In this document: piece by piece, positions 18,176 to 29,547 of the stretch | Position numbering within the stretch: the stretch's first letter is position 1 | How the letters are laid out: the number at the start of each line of letters is the position of its first letter | Assembly (NCBI GenBank): GCA_030426085.1 | Contig: JAUHYW010000003.1 | Location: 119,343-183,342 of the forward strand | Length of the DNA stretch: 64,000 nucleotides | Direction: 5' to 3' | From: a bacterium | GTDB lineage: Bacteria > Myxococcota_A > Bradymonadia > UBA7976 > UBA1532 | Translations under genes and position numbers: made by a program | Notes under the pieces: model-generated | The model's database searches: none | Told to the model about the DNA's origin: nothing | What the model saw: only the letters and a program-made list of their open reading frames with translations

Positions 18176-20263
18176 TTGATCCCCGAGACCACCATCAACG
18201 AGGTGCGGGAACGCATCGACATCGTCGCCCTCGTCGGGCGGCACGTCGACCTCAAGAAGGCGGGGACCATCTACAAGGGGCTGTGCCCGTTCCACGACGA
18301 GAAGACCCCCTCGTTCACCGTCTCCCCCACCCGCCAGACCTACCACTGCTTCGGCTGCGGGGTGCACGGGGACTGCTTCCGGTTCCTCGTCGAGTCCCAG
18401 GGGCGCACCTTCCCCGAGGCGGTGCGCGAGCTCGCCGCCCAGGCGGGGGTCGACGTACCCGAAGAGCGCCCGGTCTCCCCGGCGCAGAAGGCCGAGCGCC
18501 AGCGGCAGAAGGACACCGCCCGCCGCCTGCTCGACGTGCAGGACAAGCTCGCGGCCTACTACACCAACCAGCTCTTCTCCGACCGGGGGCGGCCGGCCCA
18601 GCGCTACCTCATGGACCGGGGCCTCGACCGCCGGGCGGCCGAGGCGTTCCGGCTCGGCTACGCCTCGGGGGACAAGATCCCGTTCCAGGCGTGGCTCGAA
18701 GAGCACGACATCGACCGGGACGACCTCGTCGCGCTCGGGGTGCTCGTGCGGCCCGAAGAGGGGTGGAGCGTCGGCCAGCGGCTGTGGGGCGGCTACCTGC
18801 GCTTCCGGGAGCGGGTGATGTTCCCCGTCGTCGACCTGCGGGGCGAGGTCACCGGCTTCAGCGGGCGCATCCTCGACCCCGACAAGAAGGCGGCCAAGTA
18901 CGTCAACAGCCCCGAGACGCCGGTCTTCACCAAGGGCGAGCAGCTCTACGGGGCCTACACCGCCCGGACCGCCGCCCGCCGGGCGGGCCGGGTGGTGCTC
19001 GTCGAGGGCAACGTCGACGTCGTGATGCTGTGGCAGGCGGGGCTCGAGGGCACCGTCGCCCCGATGGGCACCGCCATCACCGACACCCAGGTCCGGCTCG
19101 TGCGGCGCATCGCCGACCGCGTCGTCTGCGTGATGGACGGCGACGCGGCGGGCCAGAAGGCGGCCTTCGCCAGCCTCGAGCCGTTCCTCGCCGAGGGCGT
19201 GCAGCCCCGGGCGGTGATGCTGCCCGAGGGCGACGACCCCGACAGCTTCGTGCGGCGGGAGGGCATCGAGGCGTTCGAAGCCGAGCTCGCCGACGCCGCG
19301 CCGCTGCTCGACCTCTTCATCGAGAAGGTCGCCGAATCGCACCCGGTCGACCCTCAGGGGCAGGCCGCCGCGCTGCGCGAGATCGCGCCGGCCCTCGGCC
19401 TGCTCGACGACGCGCTGGCCCTCGAGCTGTACCGCACCACCGTGCAGAAGCGGCTCGACGTGCCGCTGACGCTCGTCGACCGGGCCATCGCCGAGGCCAC
19501 CGACCGCCGGGAGAGCGCCCGCAGCCGACGGGGCCCGCCCGACCGGGGCGAACCCCCGCGGCCGGGGCCGGCATCGTTCGAGGGCCCGTCGTTCGGCGGG
19601 CCCGAACCGGACTTCGGCCCGCCGCCGAGCGAGCCGTTCCGGCCGCCGCCGGATGCGGTGTTCGGCCCGGCCCCGTTCGGCCCGCCGCCGGAGGCCGACT
19701 TCGGCCCCCCGGCCGATCCGGGCGTCGTCGGACGGCGACCGCTGTTCACCGAGACCGCCGGAGCAGCGCCCGTCGCGCTCCGGCTGCCGGGGTACACCCG
19801 CAAACTCTTCGAGTTTCTGGTGCAGTACCCCGAACTGGTCGAGACGCTGTCGACCCGGATGACGGCGCTGGCACAAAACGGCCACGCGCTCTTGACGCAT
19901 GACAGCCTGACTGCTTTTGTTCACAATCTTCACCAAGAGGTCAGCCGCACCCCGACCCCCAATCTGGACCGTCTGTTGAGCAAGCTCGACCAGGAAGGTC
20001 ACCGGGAGACCGTCGCGTTCTTGCGGGCCTGTCAGGCCCGCCGACCCGACCAGACCCGGGAGACCATCGCCCAGGCCTTTGCCGAGGCGCTCGCCCGCTG
20101 CGAGTACCACTGCTGGAAGAGCGAGCTGAACCGGCTCCAGGAAGCGCTGCGCACCGCCCTCAAGTCGGACCCCGAGCGGGGTCGGGCTCTCAACATCGAG
20201 GTGCGCGCGCTCAAGCTGAGGTTGGTCGAGCTCGACCGAAGAATCGCCGAGGGAGCACACTAG
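18176..20263 (+). CDS. dnaG: DNA primase
   Basis: Zinc-binding CHC2 region (CPFHDEKTPSFTVSPTRQTYHCFGCGVHGD), TOPRIM domain, C-terminal helicase-interaction region. First canonical start in frame is TTG 18176, aligning with E. coli DnaG MAGRIPRVFINDLL. FGPP-repeat low-complexity insertion present. Confidence 0.9.
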   Translation: MIPETTINEVRERIDIVALVGRHVDLKKAGTIYKGLCPFHDEKTPSFTVSPTRQTYHCFGCGVHGDCFRFLVESQGRTFPEAVRELAAQAGVDVPEERPVSPAQKAERQRQKDTARRLLDVQDKLAAYYTNQLFSDRGRPAQRYLMDRGLDRRAAEAFRLGYASGDKIPFQAWLEEHDIDRDDLVALGVLVRPEEGWSVGQRLWGGYLRFRERVMFPVVDLRGEVTGFSGRILDPDKKAAKYVNSPETPVFTKGEQLYGAYTARTAARRAGRVVLVEGNVDVVMLWQAGLEGTVAPMGTAITDTQVRLVRRIADRVVCVMDGDAAGQKAAFASLEPFLAEGVQPRAVMLPEGDDPDSFVRREGIEAFEAELADAAPLLDLFIEKVAESHPVDPQGQAAALREIAPALGLLDDALALELYRTTVQKRLDVPLTLVDRAIAEATDRRESARSRRGPPDRGEPPRPGPASFEGPSFGGPEPDFGPPPSEPFRPPPDAVFGPAPFGPPPEADFGPPADPGVVGRRPLFTETAGAAPVALRLPGYTRKLFEFLVQYPELVETLSTRMTALAQNGHALLTHDSLTAFVHNLHQEVSRTPTPNLDRLLSKLDQEGHRETVAFLRACQARRPDQTRETIAQAFAEALARCEYHCWKSELNRLQEALRTALKSDPERGRALNIEVRALKLRLVELDRRIAEGAH

Positions 20264-22000
<1,737 letters not shown>

Positions 22001-22007
22001 CCGGCTT

Positions 22008-22027
22008 CGGGCCGCCCGGCGCGGCCC
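22008..22027 (+). terminator. GC-rich hairpin (gggccgc ccggc gcggccc) after rpoD
   Basis: Perfect 7-bp inverted repeat 8 nt after the rpoD stop, directly before the tRNA gene. Confidence 0.4.
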
Positions 22028-22031
22028 GCGT

Positions 22032-22104
22032 GGGCCTATAGCTCAGCGGTTAGAGCTGCCGCCTCATAAGCGGTTGGTCCCAGGTTCGAATCCTGGTGGG
22101 CCCA
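22032..22104 (+). tRNA. tRNA with CAT anticodon (tRNA-Met elongator type, or tRNA-Ile2 if lysidine-modified)
   Basis: Cloverleaf folded by hand: acceptor GGGCCTA/TGGGCCC, D-arm GCTC...GAGC, anticodon stem GCCGC/GCGGT with loop CTCATAA, T-arm CCAGG TTCGAAT CCTGG. G1-C72 pairs, so not an initiator. No encoded CCA. Confidence 0.9.
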
Positions 22105-22179
22105 CCCGTCGCCCGGCGCGACGCGCCGGGCTCGAGATTTTGCCCGAGGCGGACGCGTCCGCCCGACCGGGGAGGCAAG

Positions 22180-22929
22180 GTGAAAGAGACGCTGGCCCAT
22201 CTCATGGAGCTCCAGGCCATCGAAGACGAGCTGCGCGACCTGCGGCAGACGAAGAACCGGCTCGAGGCGTTGACCAAGGACAACGCCGAGACCCGCACGA
22301 TCTTCGAAGAGATGCTCGCCGAGCGGGCGGCCCAGATCGAAGAGGTGCGCGCCTTCTGTGCCGAGAAGGAAGAGGGCATCAAGGAGGCCGAGGAGAATAC
22401 CCGCCGGGCTCGCAGCCGGCTGTCGACGATCACCTCCCAGCGGGAGCTGACCGCGCTCAACAAAGAGCTCGACGTCGCCCGCCGCCAGAACAGCCAGCGC
22501 AGCGAAGAGCTGCTCAAGCTCATGGAGCAGCTCGAGGCGGCCCAGGCGGACTACGAGAAGAAGCAGGCCGAGTTCGAGGCGCTCAAGCAGCAGATGGCCG
22601 AAGTGGAGGGCGAGCTCGTCGAGCGCATCGCCAGCCGCGAGGCGGGCATCACCGCCCAGCGGGCCCGCCAGCAGGAGCTGCGCAAGGCGCTCGACCCGGG
22701 CCTGTTCTCGCGCTTCAACCGCACGGTCAAGGCCCGCAAGGGCGTGGCGGTGGTGCCCATGAGCCAGGACGGGACCTGCACCGGCTGCCGGATGCAGATC
22801 CCGCCGCAGCAGGCCATCCGCATCCAGCGCATGGCGAGCATCGAATACTGTCAGCACTGTCGGCGCATCCTGGTCTACACCGAAGGGCTCGAAGGCTCTT
22901 CGGTCGAGGCCGAGGCCGCCGAGGGCTGA
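22180..22929 (+). CDS. C4 zinc-ribbon domain protein (COG1579/DUF164-like) with long coiled-coil
   Basis: GTG start with GGAGG RBS. Coiled-coil N-terminus. C-terminal CTGCRMQIPPQQ...CQHCRRILV zinc ribbon. Confidence 0.8.
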   Translation: MKETLAHLMELQAIEDELRDLRQTKNRLEALTKDNAETRTIFEEMLAERAAQIEEVRAFCAEKEEGIKEAEENTRRARSRLSTITSQRELTALNKELDVARRQNSQRSEELLKLMEQLEAAQADYEKKQAEFEALKQQMAEVEGELVERIASREAGITAQRARQQELRKALDPGLFSRFNRTVKARKGVAVVPMSQDGTCTGCRMQIPPQQAIRIQRMASIEYCQHCRRILVYTEGLEGSSVEAEAAEG

Positions 22930-22957
22930 CCGGAGAGACACGACACTGACGATTCTT

Positions 22958-23356
<399 letters not shown>

Positions 23357-23408
23357 TCTCCTCTCTCACCCTGACCCAACGGTCGCCCGGCGACCGCGGA
23401 GGGGGCCG

Positions 23409-23864
23409 ATGGCGGCCCGCGGCAAAGACATCGTGACCGTCGCCCGCAACCGGCGGGCGAAGCACGACTACGAGATCGTCGACACCTACGAGGCCGGGCT
23501 GCAGCTCACCGGCACCGAGGTCAAGAGCCTGCGCGAAGGCCACGCGACCATCGCCGAGGGCTACGTGCAGATCAAAGGCCGCGAAGCGTGGCTGGTGGGG
23601 GCGTACATCCCCGAATACCGCTACGGCAACATCAACAACCACCCGCCCCGGCGGGACCGCAAGCTGCTGCTGCACCGCCACCAGATCGACCGCGTCGCGG
23701 GCAAGCTCAAAGAGCAGGGCTTCACCGCCGTGCCGATGGCGATCTACTTCAAGCAGGGCAAGGCCAAGCTCGAGTTCGGGCTCGGCAAGGGCAAGAAGAA
23801 GTACGACAAGCGCCACGCCGAGCGGGAGAAGAGCGCCCGCCGGGCCATGCGCGACGCCTACTGA
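23409..23864 (+). CDS. smpB: SsrA-binding protein
   Basis: Full-length SmpB similarity (IVTVARNRRAKHDYEIVDTYEAGLQLTGTEVKSLREGHATI...). GGAGGGGG RBS. Confidence 0.95.
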   Translation: MAARGKDIVTVARNRRAKHDYEIVDTYEAGLQLTGTEVKSLREGHATIAEGYVQIKGREAWLVGAYIPEYRYGNINNHPPRRDRKLLLHRHQIDRVAGKLKEQGFTAVPMAIYFKQGKAKLEFGLGKGKKKYDKRHAEREKSARRAMRDAY

Positions 23865-23983
23865 CCCCCGAAGCGGCCGGAATCGACCGCCGGGGTTTGA
23901 CACGAACCGGGCCCGTGCCTACCGTGCGGGCCGCGACGGTCGAGGCCGTCGGGGCATCCCACCGGGTGCCACTCTTTGAAAAT

Positions 23984-24344
23984 GGGGGCGATTGGTTTCG
24001 ACGGGGATGCTGAAACCCTGTCCGCGTGTCGCGCTTCTCGGTCAGCGCGTTAAAAAGGTCGAACGGCTATAACTGCCAACGATGATATGGAGATTGCTCT
24101 CGCCGCGTAAGTGAGCGTGAGTCGTCCTGCCAACCCTCGCCCATGGGGTTGAACGGGGCGTCACATCAGTGGGCTGGCCGAAGAGCGGTGCTCGTAACGC
24201 TCCGAGGCGAGATCAAATCGAGCTCCCCCGAACGGAAGCCCGCCCGTGGGCGACCGCCGGGGTAAAACAGAACGCGGGATACACACGTAGACGGCAGCGG
24301 CGGACGATTTCCGGACCCGGGTTCGACTCCCGGCGCCTCCACCA
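23984..24344 (+). ncRNA. ssrA: tmRNA (transfer-messenger RNA)
   Basis: 5' GGGGGCGATTGGTTTCGACGGGG and 3' GGACCCGGGTTCGACTCCCGGCGCCTCCACCA tRNA-like ends. Internal tag ORF gcc aac gat gat atg gag att gct ctc gcc gcg taa (24075-24110) gives ANDDMEIALAA. Confidence 0.9.
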
Positions 24345-24373
24345 CCCAAGCACTCACGATCAAAGAGCTTTCT

Positions 24374-24400
24374 CGTGGGGACCTCGCTGAGGTCCCCACG
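24374..24400. terminator. perfect 11-bp stem hairpin (cgtggggacct cgctg aggtccccacg) between convergent ssrA and the SET gene
   Basis: Read directly from the sequence. Lies between two convergent transcription units, so likely a bidirectional terminator. Confidence 0.6.
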
Positions 24401-24403
24401 AGT

Positions 24404-24985
24404 TCACCACACCTGCGCCTTCTCGCCGGGGCTTGCCGACCTGGCTTCGCCCGACGCCGTCTCGGCCATCAGGTCGGCCATCAGCAGGCACGAGCGCCGC
24501 AGCGATTCACGCCAGGGCCACCCCTTCACCTCGCGCCCGGTGCGCGTATCGACCATGGGCGCCCACAGCTCGGACATCCAGAAGCGGTAGTCGACGAAGA
24601 GTTCGTCGCCCACCGCGATGTCGCGCACCGCGAAGTAGTGGCCGATGTGGCAGTGGATGCTGGGCTCGAACGCGTGGTTCATCAGATCGGTCGGCGCCCG
24701 AAAAGCAGGGTTGGGCGCGAAGCAGGCGTCCTCGACGTAGCGCCACGAGAACCGCCGGTACAGCGGAGGCTGGGCGGCGATCTCTTCGGCCGTGCGGAGC
24801 GAGCGCGGATGGGGGAAGTCCTGGCCGAGGTAGGCGCCTCGCTCGGCGGCGGCCAGGGCGAAGACCCCGAGGCCGCCCTCGGGGATGGTCGATGGCCGCA
24901 CCTCGGTGGGCAGTCGGAACCAGGGCGCGGGCTCGAAGATCTGGCCCGCTCGGCCCTGGTCGAAGGTGTCGTCTTCGCGATTCAT
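24404..24985 (-). CDS. SET-domain protein (putative protein-lysine methyltransferase)
   Basis: GLGVFA, NHAFEPS (NHSCxPN-like) and ELFVDY motifs in SET-domain order. 193 aa. Confidence 0.7.
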   Translation of the reverse strand: MNREDDTFDQGRAGQIFEPAPWFRLPTEVRPSTIPEGGLGVFALAAAERGAYLGQDFPHPRSLRTAEEIAAQPPLYRRFSWRYVEDACFAPNPAFRAPTDLMNHAFEPSIHCHIGHYFAVRDIAVGDELFVDYRFWMSELWAPMVDTRTGREVKGWPWRESLRRSCLLMADLMAETASGEARSASPGEKAQVW

Positions 24986-25044
24986 CGTCTGTCCCAGCGA
25001 GGCTCTGCGAGCGGCTCGTCTAGTGTGTGCGTCCCCGAGCGGGG

Positions 25045-25818
25045 CTAACCGGCCTCTCGCGGCCCGACCAGCTCGACGCCGCGCTCGGCGGCCAGCGCTT
25101 CGAGCGGGGCGAGGGCGGCGGCGAGGGCTTCGGGCTCGGCGCCGCGGGCGTGCTGACGCACGGCGCGCAGGGCGGCCTCGATCGTGGCGACGTCGTGGGC
25201 CCGCTCCCGGTCGAGCTGGGCGGCGAGCTCCTGCACCCGCTCGAACAGCGCCTGGAACTCGTCGCCCTTGCGCAGCGGGCGGAAGCGCACCGGCTCGCCG
25301 GCGATGATGCGGCCCAGGTAGCGGTCGACGACGTACAGCGGCCCCACGATGCGGTGGGTCACCAGGATGCCGAGCAGGAACAGCATCACCACCAGCACCG
25401 CCCAGCAGATGACGAGCCGGGTGAGCAGGCGGGTGTCGCCCTCGGCGAGCCGCTGCTCGAGCTCGTCCTCGAAGGCGGCCGGGCGCCCCTCGGGCGTGGG
25501 GTCGGTCGGAGGCGGCGCGTCGTCGCCGATGACCTCGATGGGTTCGCTCTCGACCCGGAAGCCGCTGGGCGCGGGGGCCGGCTTCGGCTTCTCGGCCGCG
25601 GGCGCGGCGGGCGCCGGCCGGGGCGCGGCGCGCCCGGCGAGGCGGTCGATGGCGGCGATCTCGGTGCTCACCCGGACCTGCCCGTAGAACAGGGCCCCCA
25701 TCACCCCGAACAAGAGCCCGCCGGTCAGCGCGATGAGCGCGGCGTACTTGAGCTGGAAGCGGGGGTCGAGCAGGAAGTTGCGCAGGCGGCGCTTGCGCAC
25801 CGGGGAATCATCGCTCAT
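25045..25818 (-). CDS. hypothetical membrane protein (2 TM, Pro/Ala-rich linker, C-terminal coiled-coil)
   Basis: Internal ATG of track ORF 25045..26724 with GGAGG RBS. Product MSDDSPVRKRRLRNFLLDPRFQLKYAALIALTGGLLFGV... Upstream in-frame part of the track ORF overlaps the HEAT gene out of frame. Confidence 0.6.
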   Translation of the reverse strand: MSDDSPVRKRRLRNFLLDPRFQLKYAALIALTGGLLFGVMGALFYGQVRVSTEIAAIDRLAGRAAPRPAPAAPAAEKPKPAPAPSGFRVESEPIEVIGDDAPPPTDPTPEGRPAAFEDELEQRLAEGDTRLLTRLVICWAVLVVMLFLLGILVTHRIVGPLYVVDRYLGRIIAGEPVRFRPLRKGDEFQALFERVQELAAQLDRERAHDVATIEAALRAVRQHARGAEPEALAAALAPLEALAAERGVELVGPREAG

Positions 25819-25844
25819 CGGGTCGGGCCTCCAATCGCGGCGGC

Positions 25845-26624
25845 TCAGCGGCGGCTGCGGGCGAGGAAGTCGGCCATGCCGCGGTGCACCACCGGCGAGA
25901 GGGCATCCATACACGCTCCGATCTGGTCCGTCACCACCGAATCGGGGGTCTTGGGCCCCAGGCTCAGCGAGCCCCGCTGGGTCGCCGAGCCGCGCAGCGA
26001 GCGCTGGCGCAGGTCGAAGATCGACTGGGTGATGACGCAGCGCACCGCGACCTCGCTGTCGGAGCGCTCGATCTCCCGCTCGAGCCGCAGCTTGAGCTCG
26101 TAGCCCCGCACCCGGCCGCTGGTCACCGTCGCGGGCACCCTCTCGGTCAGCTTCACCGCCGGGTCGTCGGCGAAGAGCCCGGCGACCGCCTCGCGCACCC
26201 GCTTCTGCATCTCGGCGGTGTCGCCGGTGATCTCGAGCCGCAGCCACGCCGGGCAGCCGCCGGTGCCGCCGAAGCCCTCGAGCGCCCGGGTCGCGGTGCG
26301 CCGCACGAAGTCGTCCGTGTCGCCGAGCAGGGCGCACAGCGCGGCGATGCTGGCGCCGCTGGGGTGCTTGCGCAGGCTGTTGGCCGCCGCCGCCCGCACG
26401 AGGGCGTGCTCGTCGTCGGTGGCCGCGGCGAGCAGGGCGCTGCGGGCGGCGGGGGTGGCCACCCGGGCCAGCTTCTTGGCGGCCTTGATGCGGACCTTGT
26501 GGCTCTGGTGGGTGAGCAGGGCGTCGGCCACCGGATCGGGCGCATCGGCCCGGGCGGGCAAGCCACCGAGCAGGGCGATCAGGCTCAGGCAGGCGGCGGC
26601 GATCAGGGCTCTCACGTATCCCAC
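25845..26624 (-). CDS. secreted HEAT/PBS-lyase-like repeat protein
   Basis: Signal peptide plus repeated (R/K)xAAxxALxxxxD HEAT-like units. 26 nt upstream of the 25818 gene, so a likely operon. Confidence 0.6.
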   Translation of the reverse strand: MGYVRALIAAACLSLIALLGGLPARADAPDPVADALLTHQSHKVRIKAAKKLARVATPAARSALLAAATDDEHALVRAAAANSLRKHPSGASIAALCALLGDTDDFVRRTATRALEGFGGTGGCPAWLRLEITGDTAEMQKRVREAVAGLFADDPAVKLTERVPATVTSGRVRGYELKLRLEREIERSDSEVAVRCVITQSIFDLRQRSLRGSATQRGSLSLGPKTPDSVVTDQIGACMDALSPVVHRGMADFLARSRR

Positions 26625-26798
26625 GATGGAGGCTCTCTCGGCCGATGAAAAGGAAAAAGCCCCCGCGGTCCATCGGGGGCCTCCCCGCGCCGTCGACGGC
26701 GGATCGCGCCGACCTCGTATTCACCGATGCGCTGGCGGCCCGCGAAGAAACATGAAGCCCGCCTTGACGCCCCCCACCCCGGGCTCCACCTTCGCCCC

Positions 26799-28529
26799 AT
26801 GCACGATGTCACCGCCTTCAAGCGCATCTTCGCCCTCGCCCGTCCTCAGCTCGGGCGGCTGGCGCTGGCGACGCTGGCCCTGGTCGGCACCTCGACGCTG
26901 ACCCTGATCTACCCCCAGCTCATCAAGGAGATCGTCGACGGGGTGCTCGAGGGCGGCGGCCGGGACGCGGTCGACCGGTGGGCCGGGCTGCTGCTGGTGC
27001 TCTTCGCGCTGACCGCCGCGCTCACCGCGGTGCGCATGTACCTGTTCACCGTGGCCGGCGAGCGCATCGTCGCCGACCTGCGCACCCGCCTGTACCGCAA
27101 CCTGGTGCGCCAGGAGATCGGGTTCTTCGACGCCCACCGCACCGGCGAGCTGACCAACCGCCTCGCCGCCGACACCACCGTGGTGCAGAACGCGGCGACG
27201 GTGAACATCTCGATGCTGCTGCGCTACCTGCTCACCAGCCTGGGCGCGATCGGCATCCTGGCGTGGACCTCGTGGCGGCTGACCCTGGTGATGCTGGCCC
27301 TGGTGCCGGTGGCGGTCATCGGCGCGCTGTTCTACGGCCGCTGGGTGCGCAAGCTGTCGCGCAAGGTGCAGGACGCCCTCGCCCGGGCGACCGAGGTCAG
27401 CGAGGAGACGCTGGGCGGCATCCGCACCGTGCGGGCCTTCGCCCGGGAGGAGGCCGAGTCCGAGCGCTACGACGCGCGGGTCGAGGAGAGCTTCGGCCTC
27501 GCCCGCACCCGGGCCCGGGTCAACGCGGTCTTCGGGGCCATCGCGGCCTTCGCCGGCTACGGGGCCATCAGCGGGGTGCTGTGGTACGGCGGGGTCCTGC
27601 TCGCCGAGGGCGCGCTGACGATGGGCGAGCTCACGTCTTTTCTGCTCTACACCTTCACCGTCGCCTTCGGCATCGGCGCGCTCGGCGGGCTGTGGCAGGA
27701 CTTTCAGCGGGCCATCGGCGCCAGCGAGCGGGTGTTCGAGCTGATCGAGCGGCGCCCCACGGTCGAGGGCGGCGCGCAGACGCTGCCCGCGGTGCGGGGC
27801 GCGGTGCGCTTCGAGGCGGTCGACTTCGCCTACCCCACCCGGGCCGACGTGCCGGTGCTCGAGGCGGTCGATCTGCGCATCGACCCCGGCGAGGTCGTCG
27901 CGCTCGTCGGGCCGTCGGGCGGGGGCAAGTCGACCATCGCCGCGCTGCTCAGCCGGTTCTACGACCCGGTCGCCGGGCGGGTGCGGCTGGACGGCTCCGA
28001 CCTGCGCGCGCTGGACGCCGACTGGCTGCGGCGGCAGGTGGGGGTGGTGGCCCAGGAGCCGGTGCTGTTCGCCGCGTCCATCGCCGAGAACATCCGCTAC
28101 GGGCGGCCGACGGCCACCGACGACGAGGTGCGCCGGGCGGCCGAGGCGGCCAACGCGGCGGGCTTCGTCGAGGCGCTGCCCGAGGGCTACGAGACCGAGG
28201 TCGGCGAGCGCGGGGTGCGCCTGTCGGGCGGACAGAAGCAGCGGATCGCGATCGCCCGGGCGCTGCTCGAAGACCCCCCCATCCTGGTGCTCGACGAGGC
28301 CACCAGCGCGCTCGACGCCGAGTCGGAGCACCTGGTGCAGGAGGCCCTCAAGCGGCTGATGAAGGGCCGCACCACGCTGGTGATCGCCCACCGGCTGTCG
28401 ACGGTGAAGTCGGCCGACCGCATCGTGGTCGTCGAGGCGGGGCGGGTGGTGCAGCAGGGCAGCCACGGGGCGCTGATCGACGAGGGCGGGCTGTATCGCC
28501 AGCTCGTGGAGCGGCAGCTCGCGGCGTGA
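26799..28529 (+). CDS. ABC transporter, fused permease/ATP-binding (MsbA-like exporter)
   Basis: Six-TM domain followed by Walker A GPSGGGKST, signature LSGGQKQRIAIARAL, Walker B ILVLDEATSALD. Start at the in-frame ATG where coding-like codon usage begins. Confidence 0.9.
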   Translation: MHDVTAFKRIFALARPQLGRLALATLALVGTSTLTLIYPQLIKEIVDGVLEGGGRDAVDRWAGLLLVLFALTAALTAVRMYLFTVAGERIVADLRTRLYRNLVRQEIGFFDAHRTGELTNRLAADTTVVQNAATVNISMLLRYLLTSLGAIGILAWTSWRLTLVMLALVPVAVIGALFYGRWVRKLSRKVQDALARATEVSEETLGGIRTVRAFAREEAESERYDARVEESFGLARTRARVNAVFGAIAAFAGYGAISGVLWYGGVLLAEGALTMGELTSFLLYTFTVAFGIGALGGLWQDFQRAIGASERVFELIERRPTVEGGAQTLPAVRGAVRFEAVDFAYPTRADVPVLEAVDLRIDPGEVVALVGPSGGGKSTIAALLSRFYDPVAGRVRLDGSDLRALDADWLRRQVGVVAQEPVLFAASIAENIRYGRPTATDDEVRRAAEAANAAGFVEALPEGYETEVGERGVRLSGGQKQRIAIARALLEDPPILVLDEATSALDAESEHLVQEALKRLMKGRTTLVIAHRLSTVKSADRIVVVEAGRVVQQGSHGALIDEGGLYRQLVERQLAA

Positions 28530-28532
28530 TCC

Positions 28533-29459
28533 TCAGCTGACGCGCGCGGGCAGCGGGCGGGCGCAGACGAAGACGGTGTGCTGGCCGGTGATCATGACCC
28601 GGAAGCGGTGGCGGGCGAGGTAGCGTCGGTAGTAGGCCGCGTCCCGCACCAGCACCGACAGCTCGGGGTGGGAGAAGCCCTTGACCCGGGCGCCGAAGCG
28701 CAGGGTGTGGTCGACATAGCGCACGTTGGGCAGGCCGACGATCACCGCGCCGGCCGGGGTCAGGTGCTCCGCCACCAGCCGGCGCAGGACCGCCTTGCCG
28801 TCGAGGCTGGGGCTGTGCAGCACGTTGAGCGCCAGCAGCAGGTCGTAGCGGCCGCCGAGGTCGCCGGGCGCGTTGAGGTCGCCCACCGCGAACGCCATGC
28901 CCGGGTGGCGCGCGCGGGCCTCGGCGATGGCGCTCGGCGAGTGATCGAGGCCGTGCAGCGCGAGGCCGGCGTCCGGGCGCAGCCGGGCCAGCGCGTCCAG
29001 CTCGTCGCCCCGGTTGCAGCCCACCGCCAGCACCCGGGCCCCGGGCCCCGGGTCGATGAAGCGCACTGCGTCGCGGAAGCCGCAGAGGAAGGCCGGCTCT
29101 TCGAACTTGCGCACCCGGGCGAAGCCCGAGCCGACGCCGTACTTCTCGGGGTCGCCCGACGGCGCGGCCCGGGTCTGCCACGAGGCGCCGCGATCGAGCG
29201 CGCGCAGGCCCAGCGCCACGAAGCCGTCGTCGGCGTCGCGGGGGCGCAGCAGCACCGCGCCGAGCTGCTCGGCCAGCGCGGTCCAGCCGGCGAGGCTGCG
29301 GTGCCGCCGGCCGTCGAGCAGCTCGCCGTCGTAGCGGTCGAAGGCCCGGTCGGGGTCGGGCGCCTCGAAGCGCAGGATCTGCCCCGGCGCGAGGGCCTCG
29401 ACCCGCGGCTCGAGGGCGGCGAGCACGGCGAACAGGTCGTGGTCGGTGAAGCGCAGCAT
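28533..29459 (-). CDS. class I SAM-dependent methyltransferase
   Basis: Motif I-like RVLAVGCNRGDE. Post-I acidic residue. LLLALNVLH. Start ATG at 29459, with an alternative at 29477. Confidence 0.7.
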   Translation of the reverse strand: MLRFTDHDLFAVLAALEPRVEALAPGQILRFEAPDPDRAFDRYDGELLDGRRHRSLAGWTALAEQLGAVLLRPRDADDGFVALGLRALDRGASWQTRAAPSGDPEKYGVGSGFARVRKFEEPAFLCGFRDAVRFIDPGPGARVLAVGCNRGDELDALARLRPDAGLALHGLDHSPSAIAEARARHPGMAFAVGDLNAPGDLGGRYDLLLALNVLHSPSLDGKAVLRRLVAEHLTPAGAVIVGLPNVRYVDHTLRFGARVKGFSHPELSVLVRDAAYYRRYLARHRFRVMITGQHTVFVCARPLPARVS

Positions 29460-29547
29460 GGCCCGTCGATACCCCATCGGCGGCCGCGGCGCACCCCTCG
29501 AACGGTCGCTGCGCGCGACGCGGGGCGCGGCTCGGCATCGGTCTCTC

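Noticed and set aside
15715-18270. 851-aa minus-strand ORF and 18059..21958 minus ORF (1299 aa)
   Set aside because: Antisense to the FHA gene, the 17128 gene, dnaG and rpoD, all of which have strong homology signatures.
22032-22104. tRNA(CAT) as initiator tRNA-fMet
   Set aside because: G1-C72 is paired and there is no GGG/CCC run in the anticodon stem. It is an elongator-type Met or Ile2 tRNA, not an initiator.
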